Assembly (NCBI GenBank): GCA_964019335.1
Contig: OZ025690.1
Coordinates: forward strand, 434,001 to 498,000
DNA from: Diplonema japonicum
Taxonomy: Eukaryota > Protista > Euglenozoa: Diplonemea
Direction: 5' to 3'
DNA: 64,000 nt
The stretch's first letter is position 1. Every line of letters begins with the position of its first letter. The translations under genes and the position numbers were made by a program. A model generated the notes under the pieces. The model saw nothing but the letters and a program-made list of their open reading frames with translations, ran no database searches and was not told the origin of the DNA. Positions 10,959 through 21,261 of the stretch are shown here, in pieces.

Positions 10959-11638
10959 TCATATGCCCCCCTAAAAACGTGGTAAAAGTGGGGGGGGAAA
11001 AAGTTTTCAAAAGAAAACTTTTCTGAGGTAAAAGAAAACCACCCCATACCATCTAAAATGACCAAAAAATCAAAACCCGTCGGATAAGGGCACTTCTGAG
11101 CACTTAGTGGTTACCATGTTCATCAGAAATGCCGCAACACAGAAAGGTTCCAACAACGCAAGACTGTACCTGTACTCTGCCGTTCAAACGGTAGCGGCGT
11201 CCTAAAAAGCCGCGTCAAAGGGAGGTACAAACCGTGTCAAATTCTTTAGTTTTTCAGAAAAAAATCAGAAGATACAGGGGAGAAAACAGGCCAGGTCCCA
11301 AACAGTGGTCACCTTTTCTAAAAATGCAAAATAACGTAACTTGCAGGTGCCCAAAAGTACCCAGAATCGGGCGGAAATCGATTTTTTGTCAAAAAGAGGG
11401 TGTACTACATGGATTAGGTGGCTCCAGTACTCTGCACTGGCGAAATTGAAAAAACCCACTACCCATGCGACCCCCCCTCCTACCATGTAACTCCCCTTAC
11501 TCTCCCCTCCCACTCCCCAACGCTCTTGCTCCTCACAGCCTAGGGGTGGTGTCGCGTGCACAAGGATATAAATCTATCAGCACGTACGATCTAACGCCTG
11601 GCAGTTTCAAGTGCCCACAATGAAGGATCATCGGACTT

Positions 11639-12352
11639 TTAAATGTCTTTAGTTTGTATCTCGGGTTGCACCTGCAGCACAGGAACACCCTGAACGAATG
11701 TACGGTTGATCATAGGGTGCGAGGCGTGGGTAGGTCCCGAATCGGAGTCAGGGTGGAAGGCGATAAGGGTGGCAGGTGACGTTGGGGTGTGGAAGGCGTG
11801 GGGGGTGTCCTTCGGGAGGTAGATGACACTGCCAGGCATGATGTCATGTGTCCCACCAGGCGTCGTCAGGGCCAGGGTGCCAGACAACAAAACTGCGAAC
11901 CTCGCTGATGGGTGTGTGTGGAGCTGCTGGTCCACACCCTGAGGGAACCACAGCCCGTTGAGACACGGCATGCCTGCGACAGGCGGTGGGATGAGGGCTG
12001 TGTCTGTGGCACCGTTGATGTACTTCAGTCTCCCCTTGCGCTCTAAAGGCCCGCCGAAGGTGTTCAGTGGCTCAGACTCGTCCTCCACAAGTACAGCACG
12101 CCCTGCTGTGGCGTCTACATGCACCCCTTCACCGCCCTGCATCCCGAAGTACATCCCTTCTGTCATCTCCGTGGTGCCTCTTGGGGTTCGCAGTGCTATC
12201 TTCCCTCCCAGTACCACGCCCCACACCCCTTCGCTCTCCCCAGCAATTTCTGTGTGGACTAACTCTCTCAACCTGCTTTCTCTCCCAGCGAGCACTTCAC
12301 TACATAGCAGCCTGCTCGACACGGCTCTCGCCACCCTGTGCACGACGGCCAT
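11639..12352 (-). CDS. Cupin-domain protein with a possible mitochondrial presequence, about 237 aa
   Basis: Cupin motif 1 LHTHPSARFAVLLSG and motif 2 PGSVIYLPKDTPHAF. The N-terminus MAVVHRVARAVSSRLLCS is Arg-rich and lacks acidic residues. First in-frame ATG is at 12352. Confidence 0.85.
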   Translation of the reverse strand: MAVVHRVARAVSSRLLCSEVLAGRESRLRELVHTEIAGESEGVWGVVLGGKIALRTPRGTTEMTEGMYFGMQGGEGVHVDATAGRAVLVEDESEPLNTFGGPLERKGRLKYINGATDTALIPPPVAGMPCLNGLWFPQGVDQQLHTHPSARFAVLLSGTLALTTPGGTHDIMPGSVIYLPKDTPHAFHTPTSPATLIAFHPDSDSGPTHASHPMINRTFVQGVPVLQVQPEIQTKDI

Positions 12353-12547
12353 GGTCTTACGTGGTCTGTAGGTACTAAGCAATATTGGAGGGGGGGAGAT
12401 GTATTTCGATCTAAATAACTAAATAACAGATAAAATAAAGAAGAGAGAAAAAAAAAGGGGGAAGGCAAAGCGATACGTTTCTTCCGAGATGCCGTACGCT
12501 CTGGGTTTCGCCGCTCTCCTTGTAGCCGCCTTGTGGGGCTTGTGTTG

Positions 12548-14308
12548 TCAAGCTTTTTCTTCAGGGATTTCTTCATCGTCCGAGACTAAGTTTTTTGTGT
12601 CGGCCAGTGCTAGGGGGTTTGCTTCCTCTGTGTCGCTCATCTCGATGGAGCCCACGGCGCTGTCCAGCCGCACAGGGTGGTCGGCTGGGATTCTTCGCGT
12701 GTAGTAAAACCCAACCACCGCGAGCGGCACACAAACTGTTGGAATACAAAACAAGATTATGGAGAGCAGGTTGAATGCATGAGGCGTGTGCGATGGCCCG
12801 ATGGGGTCTGGGACCTCATCTATCTCGCCCTTGCACGTTGATGTGCACAGGTGTCTCAGGTGTTGTGTACAGAAGTAGCTTGCGTACCGCCCAGATAGGA
12901 TGCCTCCCGTGAAGACGCAGTCGAAGTACTGCCTGTGCACATACCCGTAGGCGAACTCCTGTGTCGTGTTCAACACTTCCCCGTTGCTCTCCCACACAAA
13001 CTTGTCGATGCTGCTGTTGTGCACGGCCCCCACCCACCCCCAGCATGAGTAATTCATCCACGACACGCACCCTGTGACGCCCTCCAGGTAGGCTGCCGCC
13101 ACCGACCTCTCTACTGGCGTCGTCAGCACAGCTTGCTGAGCACCCATTTCACCACACACGTCTTCCTGCCACGGCGCTGCCTCGTCCGACACTGCCACGC
13201 ACTTCCCCGGCAGAGTCTCGACAGTCCCCGCAGGGCAGCAAGACTTGTGTGCGGGGACCTCGCTGTTCCCGACGAGGAAGGTCAGCGTCAGGACCCCACC
13301 GCCTGACACACCCAGCTGCACAATAACGTGTGCGAGGGGTCCCGGGGGGAGGGTCAGTCCAAAGGTTAGTGCTGTGTAGTCGCCGTTGGGGAGGGGGCCC
13401 AGTGCGAAACCGTGTTCATGGCCGAGGAGAACGAGCTCAGTGCGCTGTACGGGAAGGACGTAGATATGCCCAGGGGCGGAAAGGTAACGCTGGAGGGGGA
13501 CAGGCCTGCCCCTGTGCGTGACAGTGACGGTGGCGTTGGTGTCCTGCAGGGTTAGGGTCGCCTCGTAAGCACCGTCGACGTCGGTAGCATTGTGCCACAC
13601 ACCGCATGGGCGGACACCTGAGAAGCACCCTGAGGTGGTGGCGGTGTGTCGTGGCGTGCGGGACAGCGTGACCTCCGGCAGGGCAGGGCCGTCGTCACTA
13701 ACGTAAAGCCGCGACGTGAAGCCACCATTCAGGAGCTTCGTGCCGTACTGCGCCCACAAGGCATCGGTCGTGTTGCCGGGGTTCGTGTCCAGCTTGAGGG
13801 CGAGCCCCGCCACGTTGAAGGCGACGACCCCTGTGGTGGTCACGCACAGGGGAGGGTGCGCTGCACACAGAGGTACGAGCTCATCACCCTTCAGATCCCA
13901 AAAAGCACTGTCTACGTTGTACAGGAAGATCAAGTACGAGGCAAGCAGCTTGTTGGTCTTCACAGGCACGAAGGACCACGACAGGTAGTACCACCCTGGC
14001 TTGGGCAGGGTGAACGTTACGCTGAAATCCGTCTCCACATCAGCATAAGAGACCTCCCACGACCACTCGGGGTGGGTGTGCACCACCTCGTCCACTGCCT
14101 CGGAAACCGCCAAGAAGTGTATCTTGCTTTCATGCATTGTCACCAAATCCTTCCAAGCCAGTTTGGAGTCCAGAGGGTCCTCAATAGAGAAGACCATCGT
14201 CACCTCCTCTCCAGCCTTGATCACACCAGGGTCCCTCACGACCCAAAAAGCCCCATCGGTATCTAGATGACCTCCTGCCGTTGCTAGCAACAAGACTAGC
14301 ACATCCAT
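12548..14308 (-). CDS. Type I membrane protein: signal peptide, two His-rich beta-sandwich repeats (putative metal binding), C-type lectin-like domain, TM helix, acidic tail; about 586 aa
   Basis: Signal MDVLVLLLATAG. Repeat 1: LVTMHESKIHF...VVHTHPE...TLPKPGWYYL. Repeat 2: LQRYLSAPGHIYV...GHEHG. Lectin at 12845-13240: CP....GKC....W...C...WVG.......FVWESNG...C...C....LC. TM at about 12701-12776. Confidence 0.8.
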   Translation of the reverse strand: MDVLVLLLATAGGHLDTDGAFWVVRDPGVIKAGEEVTMVFSIEDPLDSKLAWKDLVTMHESKIHFLAVSEAVDEVVHTHPEWSWEVSYADVETDFSVTFTLPKPGWYYLSWSFVPVKTNKLLASYLIFLYNVDSAFWDLKGDELVPLCAAHPPLCVTTTGVVAFNVAGLALKLDTNPGNTTDALWAQYGTKLLNGGFTSRLYVSDDGPALPEVTLSRTPRHTATTSGCFSGVRPCGVWHNATDVDGAYEATLTLQDTNATVTVTHRGRPVPLQRYLSAPGHIYVLPVQRTELVLLGHEHGFALGPLPNGDYTALTFGLTLPPGPLAHVIVQLGVSGGGVLTLTFLVGNSEVPAHKSCCPAGTVETLPGKCVAVSDEAAPWQEDVCGEMGAQQAVLTTPVERSVAAAYLEGVTGCVSWMNYSCWGWVGAVHNSSIDKFVWESNGEVLNTTQEFAYGYVHRQYFDCVFTGGILSGRYASYFCTQHLRHLCTSTCKGEIDEVPDPIGPSHTPHAFNLLSIILFCIPTVCVPLAVVGFYYTRRIPADHPVRLDSAVGSIEMSDTEEANPLALADTKNLVSDDEEIPEEKA

Positions 14309-14775
14309 GGTCTCATGCCTGTTGTGGGTTTTTTTTCTTTTTTTTCTTTTTTTTTTTTTGTATACAGCAAGACATTTTAAAAAAAGGGGCAGGCTAGAAA
14401 AGCACAAGAGAATGTCTTTGCTAAATGACGGAAGGGGAAAAAAGGGGGGAGGGGAAAGGAAAGGGAAGCAAAAAAAAAAGGGAATAAAAAAAAAGAGGGA
14501 GATCGACAAAGCAAGAATATAAGTTTGTCTTTTTTTTTTTTTTTTTTTTTTTCAAATTGTTCCTCATAGACGGGACCTCAAAAAGAAACTTCATAAGGGA
14601 AAGCAAAAGACAAAAACAAAAAAAATAAGAAGAATAAAAAAAACATTTCTGCAAAAGCCATTAAAACGGCGCAGCTTTTTTTTTTTTTTTTTTTTTTTTT
14701 TCTCTTCCTCTTCTTTTTTTTTTTTTTCATTTAAATTATCTTCTTTCCTCTTACGAAGGAGGGAGTACTTAAAAC

Positions 14776-14818
<43 letters not shown>

Positions 14819-14824
14819 GCGCAC

Positions 14825-15547
14825 CTACGCAGGCATTTTGCCAAGCAAAGCATACACACGATCTCGGACCGTCGGGTCAGCTATACGCTCAGCAGACGTT
14901 CTGATTTTCCTGCGAAGAGGCAAGAGGTCAGTCCCAATGGAAATAAGAAATTCTTGAGAGGTCTCAAGTAGCACAGAAAGATGATTAAACTTCACGGCCA
15001 AAATGGTCGGGGCTGCGATGGTCTCCGCCAAGCAGAGAAGAATGTCACAGTGAACACCTGCACGCACTATGACACGAGACAACAAAGATGTGGAGAGAAA
15101 CCCTTCAGGTGTCGCCGCTTTAGCACGAGTAGCTAGCTCGAACAAAATAGTCGTCCCGAAGTTTGGTGTGTAGCTTGATATTAAGCAAAGGAGGTCTATT
15201 GGGATTCCTTTGCGAATGCTCACAAGCAGAAGTGTTTTGTTTGTTCTTTCCGCCGCGCGTACTACAGAAACTTTGCACAACTCCTCGAAAATCCCGATCT
15301 TCCTCCCCACTCGGGACATGGCTAGCTTTCCTACCATCTTTGCAATCTCGTTCTGTGCGTCTCTCCCGCACTCTGCTGCCATGTCAGCGAACTTCATTAA
15401 ACACTTCTCATCTGATGTTGACCCGAAGCTGTTCAGCAGCCTCCTCACGCCTTTAATTTCCTCTTCCACTGACTCGTTGACCTCACCGCCTAGGTACGCA
15501 CTCTTGATCTCATTCACAAGCCGCTCTGTCTCCATAGCGTTACTCAT
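14825..15547 (-). CDS. Hypothetical protein, 240 aa, probably all-helical (ARM/HEAT-like composition)
   Basis: Clean ORF with coding composition between homopolymer spacers; no recognisable motif. Confidence 0.7.
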   Translation of the reverse strand: MSNAMETERLVNEIKSAYLGGEVNESVEEEIKGVRRLLNSFGSTSDEKCLMKFADMAAECGRDAQNEIAKMVGKLAMSRVGRKIGIFEELCKVSVVRAAERTNKTLLLVSIRKGIPIDLLCLISSYTPNFGTTILFELATRAKAATPEGFLSTSLLSRVIVRAGVHCDILLCLAETIAAPTILAVKFNHLSVLLETSQEFLISIGTDLLPLRRKIRTSAERIADPTVRDRVYALLGKMPA

Positions 15548-15903
15548 TGACGGGACACCATTTTTTTAAAATAAAAAAATGTAAAAAAGTTTTTTTTGTT
15601 GTTAGAACGGGGGGCTGTACTTTTCCTGTCGGGGGCGGTTGGCATAAAAATAAGCGGAGAATAGAAAAAAAAAGAAAATAAAACAACGGAAAGGAAAAAA
15701 AAGAAGGGGGGGGGAAATAACAGAAGGGAGGGGGGTGGAAACGGGAAGATCCAAGATCTGCTAACTAAAAGAGAAAATAAAAAAAGGGGAGGGGGGGAAA
15801 GCGTATATGAGGGGGTTTTTTCCCATTTCTCCCCCCCCATACTTCTTGCGCACCACATCAATCAAGCCCCTTCCCCTCCCTTCCCCTCTCCCGTCCCTTT
15901 ATG

Positions 15904-17466
15904 TCACAACGCAACAGAACTCTCTTGCAGGTCAAGCATGAACCGCTCAATCTCGGCATTGGTGACAGAACCGTCCGTATTGATAACGGGAAGAGCAGGG
16001 GTCGGAAGAGATGGAGGTGTGGTGGCAGCGATTGTAGATAATGCCCGGGTGACTTCTGAGAGCGGTTGCAGGTGCAGGTCTGGAGTATGGGTCAGGGTAC
16101 CCACCTCGAACGCAAACGGGAGAAATGCTTTCAACGCCTCAAAGACAATATTGCAGGCAAGGAGGACAAGCCCGACCTTGCTAGCACCAGCTATGATCGC
16201 CCGCCACACCTCCCCAGCGTCACCTTCGAAAACACGAAGGGCTATTTTAATCATGTCCTTACGTCCATTATCCAACAGCCCACCCAGAACCGCGGGGTAC
16301 ACAGGATCGCCTCTTTCAAGCTTTGCCCGCCGAGCACACCATCTTACAATGCTTTGCGGTACCATCTGTTTTGTGTCGAACCACAAAGGCGACGATGACG
16401 ACCAGAAGTGTCCTTTCAAAGGACCGCTTTTGTAGTGTATTGAACAGGGGTGTACGTTCTCTGCTCGTTCGCCAGTTTGAAAGAGAACTGAGTATCTACC
16501 CTTGTGAGGGACGAACCCTTCAAGAACCCCGGAGTACCATCCTTCAGACTCACCATCTGCCTTACCGTACCACACATCCACCTCAAGACCTACTTCGTTG
16601 TCGGTTTCATCCATAAGCCAGGTTATGAGGTTGACTCCGTTGAGGGTGAGGTCGACACCTGAGCAGGCGGCGATGGTGGCGAGCTGTCGAAGGGATTTTC
16701 CGCTGTCCCGCCAGCCGCCGGAGGATATTTTGTAGCTTGATGTTGTTTCGTCCATCATGTTGATCTGAAGCATCACCTGGCCGGTTCGCTTTCCTTCCTG
16801 TCCGCCCTCTAGTTTCAGCCACATGGTGTCCACAAAGCCTTGCCATTTGTGGTCTGAGAGGTATGAAAGGCCTGTTGCATCCAAGCGGAGGCCGTTGTGC
16901 GATTTGTGTTCCACAATGTCGCATGTTATGATGGGGTTCAGACCTAACCCGGAGTACGAGGAGTCGTGGGTGTTGAGCGACATGGAAGGGATGTCGAAAA
17001 TGGACCCGCTTCTTTCTGTGTCCCACCACGGTGTTGGAGTTGCTTTGTTTTGCTGGCTTGGATCTTGCCGTTTGCTGCCTTCGTGCACGTCTGCCAAGTG
17101 CAGCGTGATCTGTTCCATTATTTCGTTGAACTGCATGTTGCGGGCGATGCGGCCCAGCTCGCCCGTTTCCCCGGAGCGTCCCTTCGCGGTGTCGATGCCC
17201 CATTCCAACCGTTCGCTGAACCCCCGCCCCACCCCTAAAACGCGTTCCATTACAATTCTGTTCAGCTCGCCGATCTCGCGGGTGCTCAACCCCGTCTCCC
17301 CGTAGACCCCTAGCTCGTACATCGACACTGCGGCTTTCCTCGGATCGACAACAAACCCATTGTCAGCAGAACACACCGCGGACATCAGCACCGCCAGGCT
17401 TAGGTCCTCCGTTCGCTTTATGACTTCTTCCATCTCTTCCGACCGTGGTGGTGCCCCCCTTTCCAT
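15904..17466 (-). CDS. Hypothetical protein, about 520 aa, with a Tudor/Agenet-like domain
   Basis: Long ORF. EVDVWY......GWYSGVL.......RYSVLFQTGERAENVHPCSI at about 16438-16584 fits a Tudor-like barrel. The ATG at 17466 lies 3 nt after a CAG preceded by a polypyrimidine tract. Confidence 0.75.
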   Translation of the reverse strand: MERGAPPRSEEMEEVIKRTEDLSLAVLMSAVCSADNGFVVDPRKAAVSMYELGVYGETGLSTREIGELNRIVMERVLGVGRGFSERLEWGIDTAKGRSGETGELGRIARNMQFNEIMEQITLHLADVHEGSKRQDPSQQNKATPTPWWDTERSGSIFDIPSMSLNTHDSSYSGLGLNPIITCDIVEHKSHNGLRLDATGLSYLSDHKWQGFVDTMWLKLEGGQEGKRTGQVMLQINMMDETTSSYKISSGGWRDSGKSLRQLATIAACSGVDLTLNGVNLITWLMDETDNEVGLEVDVWYGKADGESEGWYSGVLEGFVPHKGRYSVLFQTGERAENVHPCSIHYKSGPLKGHFWSSSSPLWFDTKQMVPQSIVRWCARRAKLERGDPVYPAVLGGLLDNGRKDMIKIALRVFEGDAGEVWRAIIAGASKVGLVLLACNIVFEALKAFLPFAFEVGTLTHTPDLHLQPLSEVTRALSTIAATTPPSLPTPALPVINTDGSVTNAEIERFMLDLQESSVAL

Positions 17467-17548
17467 GGCCTGTGCGGTGATGAAAAAAGAGGGGGGGGAA
17501 AAAAACGAGAAAAAAAAACTCACCCATTTTTTTTTTTTTTTTTTTTTA

Positions 17549-18841
17549 TCAAGGCGAGAAAACAGTGCTCAATGCAGGGCAGAAGTGGGTGTGCAGGAAT
17601 TCAGAAAGATCGGCTTTGCCGGGGCAGCCAACGGCGATGGCGTGGTGGGTAGAGTTGTACCAAGGACAGGTGGGGAGGGTGACACGGGTGTCACGGGGGT
17701 TGCACAGGTAATGGTGGCTGTCGCAAGGGGTTCGGAAAAGCGGGCGCGCATAGGAGAAGGTGTCGTGGATCTTCCACGAGGACCCCGAAAGGAGCTTTTT
17801 GACACATAGATTCGCAGCAAAGATCTTCTCATTCGTGCGGTAGTCGGTCTCACGGTACCTCCTCCCATTGTAGCTATAAGGCGGGATCGTGCGCCATACG
17901 AACTGAACACTATCAGTGTTCACCTGCAGCTTCGCAACGTTCCCGGCAAATCTTTCCACTCGCTTGCAATACTCCTCAACACCAACATCCCGCAGGTCCC
18001 ACGACCCGTAGTTCACGACAACCACTGTTGGGACATTGGCATCTTCTTCCAACACTGTTGCGAGGTTCTGCAGCTGGTGCATCGTGTGAAGTTCCCCCTT
18101 TCTATAAGGGTCCGGTATGCTTGATGAATCAGCCTTGTCGGTCATCACAAGAGACTCGACACGTAAATATGTAACAGGCCCCATAACAGCAGGGGTCAGC
18201 TGTCCATCTTGCGGTTGGTACATTCCCATGCTTGCGAGGGTAGCGTTGACCCATGAACGCATGTGGCTGTCACCCATTATAACTAGTTTTTTGTTTTTTA
18301 AACAAGATGCTATGTCGATTCCGAAGGGCGTGCCGCATCCTTCCCATGTGTGTTTGCCACCGCCGTTGGACTTGAAATGTTGGACACAATTGTTGCCCTT
18401 CGTTCTGATCAGAATGGGTTGGGAGGCGGGGTAGGCTATCCCGAGGTATTGGGTTTGTATTTTTGTCGGGGGTATTGGGAAGCCCGCGTCGGGACCTTCA
18501 TGTGATATTGTCAAGTGAACTGTGTACAGTCCTTCTCTTGGGACCTCTGAGGAAGTTATTGTGTATTGTCCTCTTTTTTTGAGGGGTTGCACGGTACAGG
18601 GTACTATTTCGTTGTTTGTACCTTTCAGGGTGCACTCGTACCACCTTTGAGGTGTTGTTTCGTCTTCTGTTAGGAATACGTTTCTCAGCCGTCCGTTTTT
18701 TCCGTCAGATTTCGCTGTTATTGAACCGTATCTTTCGGGTGTGTTGCTCCATCGTCCCAGAACCGTCAGCGCTACCATAATGAGCAGAACGCCGCCGATC
18801 GGGGGTATTCGGGGTATTGTTGTTCTTTTGTGTGAATGCAT
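17549..18841 (-). CDS. Type II membrane SGNH/GDSL-like acyl-esterase or O-acyltransferase (NXPE / PC-esterase-like), 430 aa
   Basis: N-terminal signal anchor and an Ig-like GQYTI...GLYTVHL segment. CLKNKKLVIMGDSHMR carries the GDS nucleophile (18266-18274); also VVVNYGSWDL and a DxxH motif, DSHH (about 17711-17722). Confidence 0.85.
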   Translation of the reverse strand: MHSHKRTTIPRIPPIGGVLLIMVALTVLGRWSNTPERYGSITAKSDGKNGRLRNVFLTEDETTPQRWYECTLKGTNNEIVPCTVQPLKKRGQYTITSSEVPREGLYTVHLTISHEGPDAGFPIPPTKIQTQYLGIAYPASQPILIRTKGNNCVQHFKSNGGGKHTWEGCGTPFGIDIASCLKNKKLVIMGDSHMRSWVNATLASMGMYQPQDGQLTPAVMGPVTYLRVESLVMTDKADSSSIPDPYRKGELHTMHQLQNLATVLEEDANVPTVVVVNYGSWDLRDVGVEEYCKRVERFAGNVAKLQVNTDSVQFVWRTIPPYSYNGRRYRETDYRTNEKIFAANLCVKKLLSGSSWKIHDTFSYARPLFRTPCDSHHYLCNPRDTRVTLPTCPWYNSTHHAIAVGCPGKADLSEFLHTHFCPALSTVFSP

Positions 18842-19307
18842 TTCTTTTTTTTTTTGTTTTTGTTTTACTCCCGCTCCTCTTTTTTCTTTTTTGTTTATTC
18901 AGGTGCTACTATGGTTCTAAAAAAAAAAGAGGAAGAAATGGTAATAAAACTTGTATTCGTACTTCTGGGGGAGTTTTTTTTTTGTTTACAATTGCTTGGA
19001 GTTTTTTTTTTTTTTTTTTTTCCTTCCTTACTCGAGCGAAGCAAAAAAAAACGACAAGTTTTACCATAATTATTCTAATTTTTTTTTCCACCCCCCATCC
19101 GAAGGGAGAAAGGGGGAGAAACAATAAAAAAAAAAGGTAGAAAATAAACAACAATATGGAAGGGGAATATAAAAAAAAAAAAAAAAAATCTAAGAGAGGG
19201 GAATTTTTTTTTTTCCCCTGTAAAAATAATGTAAAGGGAGAAAAGGCGAGTTAGCACGTTATAACAAAATAAATATATTCTAACAAAAAAAAAAATTCTA
19301 ACAAGAT

Positions 19308-19565
19308 CTAAATCGTGTTTTCTACAATAGGCAAGGGCGGGGCGGAGGACTGTTGCCCGTGGACAGCTATAGTGTGGAGGTTGCCCTCAACGGGCTCCGG
19401 GGTGGCCTGGGCATTATCCAGGGCCGCAATATCGCTCCAAGTAACCTGCTCAGAGCTTCTGACCCGTCTTGTGTGCATGGCAGCGAAGACACCCCCCACC
19501 AGCATCATGAAAACAGCCCCTGCTGCTACAAAATGGTACCAAACAAGGTCGTCGAAAAAACCCAT
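19308..19565 (-). CDS. Small single-pass membrane protein, 85 aa
   Basis: ATG after a poly-A run; hydrophobic helix LVWYHFVAAGAVFMMLVGGVFAAM followed by basic TRRVR. Confidence 0.7.
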   Translation of the reverse strand: MGFFDDLVWYHFVAAGAVFMMLVGGVFAAMHTRRVRSSEQVTWSDIAALDNAQATPEPVEGNLHTIAVHGQQSSAPPLPIVENTI

Positions 19566-19658
19566 TTTTTTTTTTTTTTTTTTTTTGTTTTTGTGTCTTC
19601 TCTAAATGAATCTAGGGGAGGAGAAGTGTGTGGGAGAAAAAAAAAAAAAAAAAAAAAT

Positions 19659-20126
19659 CTAGACTAAACCCCTTCCCTGTGCCATGTGTTGGCTCTGGTA
19701 CGCCAGTGCTGTCATTACAAACGAAAGTTCTTCGTCTTTCGCAAAAAGGGCAGCTTTCAGGTCTGCAATCTGCTTGTCCTTTGTTGTGATCGCATTGGTC
19801 AGGGTGTCAATTGTAATATCTCGTTCCATAATCCCGCTTTTCGCGACCGCATCTTTTGCCTTAAGTTCCGTGTTTTCTTGTTGGAGCAAGTCAGCACGTT
19901 TCTGCTCTGAAGTGCATTTCGCTGTGAGCTCCTCGTAGTTCTGTCTCACTAGCACAAGCCTCTTTTCAACCCCCATTTCGCCGTCTTTCGTGTCACTGAA
20001 CACACCCCCTCCGGCTTTTTCAAACATTGGTAGAAGGACTCTCTTAGGGCTTTCACGCGGGCTTACCCTCCTTGGGCTCAACCTTGCATTATGCCCGTCG
20101 CTGACTGGTGTGGTAAAACTCTTCAT
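19659..20126 (-). CDS. Hypothetical coiled-coil protein, 155 aa
   Basis: SP-rich N-terminus (SPRRVSPRESPKR) and heptad-rich C-terminal half. Confidence 0.75.
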   Translation of the reverse strand: MKSFTTPVSDGHNARLSPRRVSPRESPKRVLLPMFEKAGGGVFSDTKDGEMGVEKRLVLVRQNYEELTAKCTSEQKRADLLQQENTELKAKDAVAKSGIMERDITIDTLTNAITTKDKQIADLKAALFAKDEELSFVMTALAYQSQHMAQGRGLV

Positions 20127-21261
20127 AACATCTTCTTGTGGGAATTTGTTTCTTTTTTTTTTTGTTTTTTTTTTTGTTTTAAATGTTGTATGTAATGTGC
20201 AATGTAAATAAAAAAAAAAAGGAACTTATAAAAAAAAATTTAAAAATAAATAAAAGAAAGTGTAAATGGAAAAAAAAAAAAAGAAAAAAAAAGAAAAGAA
20301 AAGAAAATACAATACGCGTGTAAATGAAGGACGGGAGGAGGGATGGATAATCAAATAAAAGAAAAAAGAAAAAAGACTTTAAATTCAAAAAAAAAAAGTG
20401 GGTGTGGTTGTTTTTTTTTTTTTTTTTTTTTTTTTTTCTGATTCCTGCTTCGTGATTTAACGAGCAAGTAAGAAAATTAAAACCAACACACCCTCTTTTC
20501 TTTTCTTTCTTTTTTCCTCGATCCCTTTCTTGCTTCTTCAATAAAGACATCAGAACAATCTAACACTCCGCAGAAAAATACAAGAAGGAGGAAAAGGGGA
20601 GACGACAGAAAAGGAGAAGAAGAAAAAAAAAAAAGTTCTTTTTTTTTTCTTCTTTTTCTTCAAAGTAACCCTACGTTGCCACTTGTCAGCTGTTAGGTTT
20701 CTTTTTTTTTTTTGTTGTTTTGTTTTTTGTTGTTTTGAGGTGTAAGAGACCTGATATATATAAAAGAAAAAAAAAAAAGAGATACTGTTTAGAAAAAGGG
20801 GGAGAAGTATTAGCAACAGCACCCTCCCCCACAAAAAAAAATCAAGGGGCAAAACAGAGTTGCAACATATAGGATATGTGCCAAGGAAGGAAGGAAGGGA
20901 GGGGAGGGGAGGGGATCATTCTATGGTGTGCTTAATTTTTTTTTCTTCTTAAGAACGGCGCAGGGTGGTTTTTTGTTTTGTTTGTTGGAACGCTCAACTA
21001 AAGGAAATAAGAAAAAAAGAAAAAACTTTTTTGACTTACCAGAACAACGGGCACTTCTTTTATAGAATTTGACCAGATACTTGGGAATGAAAGAAGAAGA
21101 ATAACAAATAAAAAAAACAGCAAAAAAAAAGAGAAAAAAAAACAATTGAAAATTTTGTGGCACTAGAAGAAAGAGAGAAAGAAAGTCCTTAGAAGAGAGA
21201 AAGCAAAGGTCAAGAAAAGAATAAATTACTACGATCGAGTGGAGTGGAGTGAGGGCTGTTA

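Noticed and set aside
11080-11240. Possible snoRNA or other ncRNA (TGATGA on the minus strand, short TTCTGA...TCAGAA stem)
   Set aside because: No properly placed box D or recognisable RNA family by eye; it needs an Infernal search.
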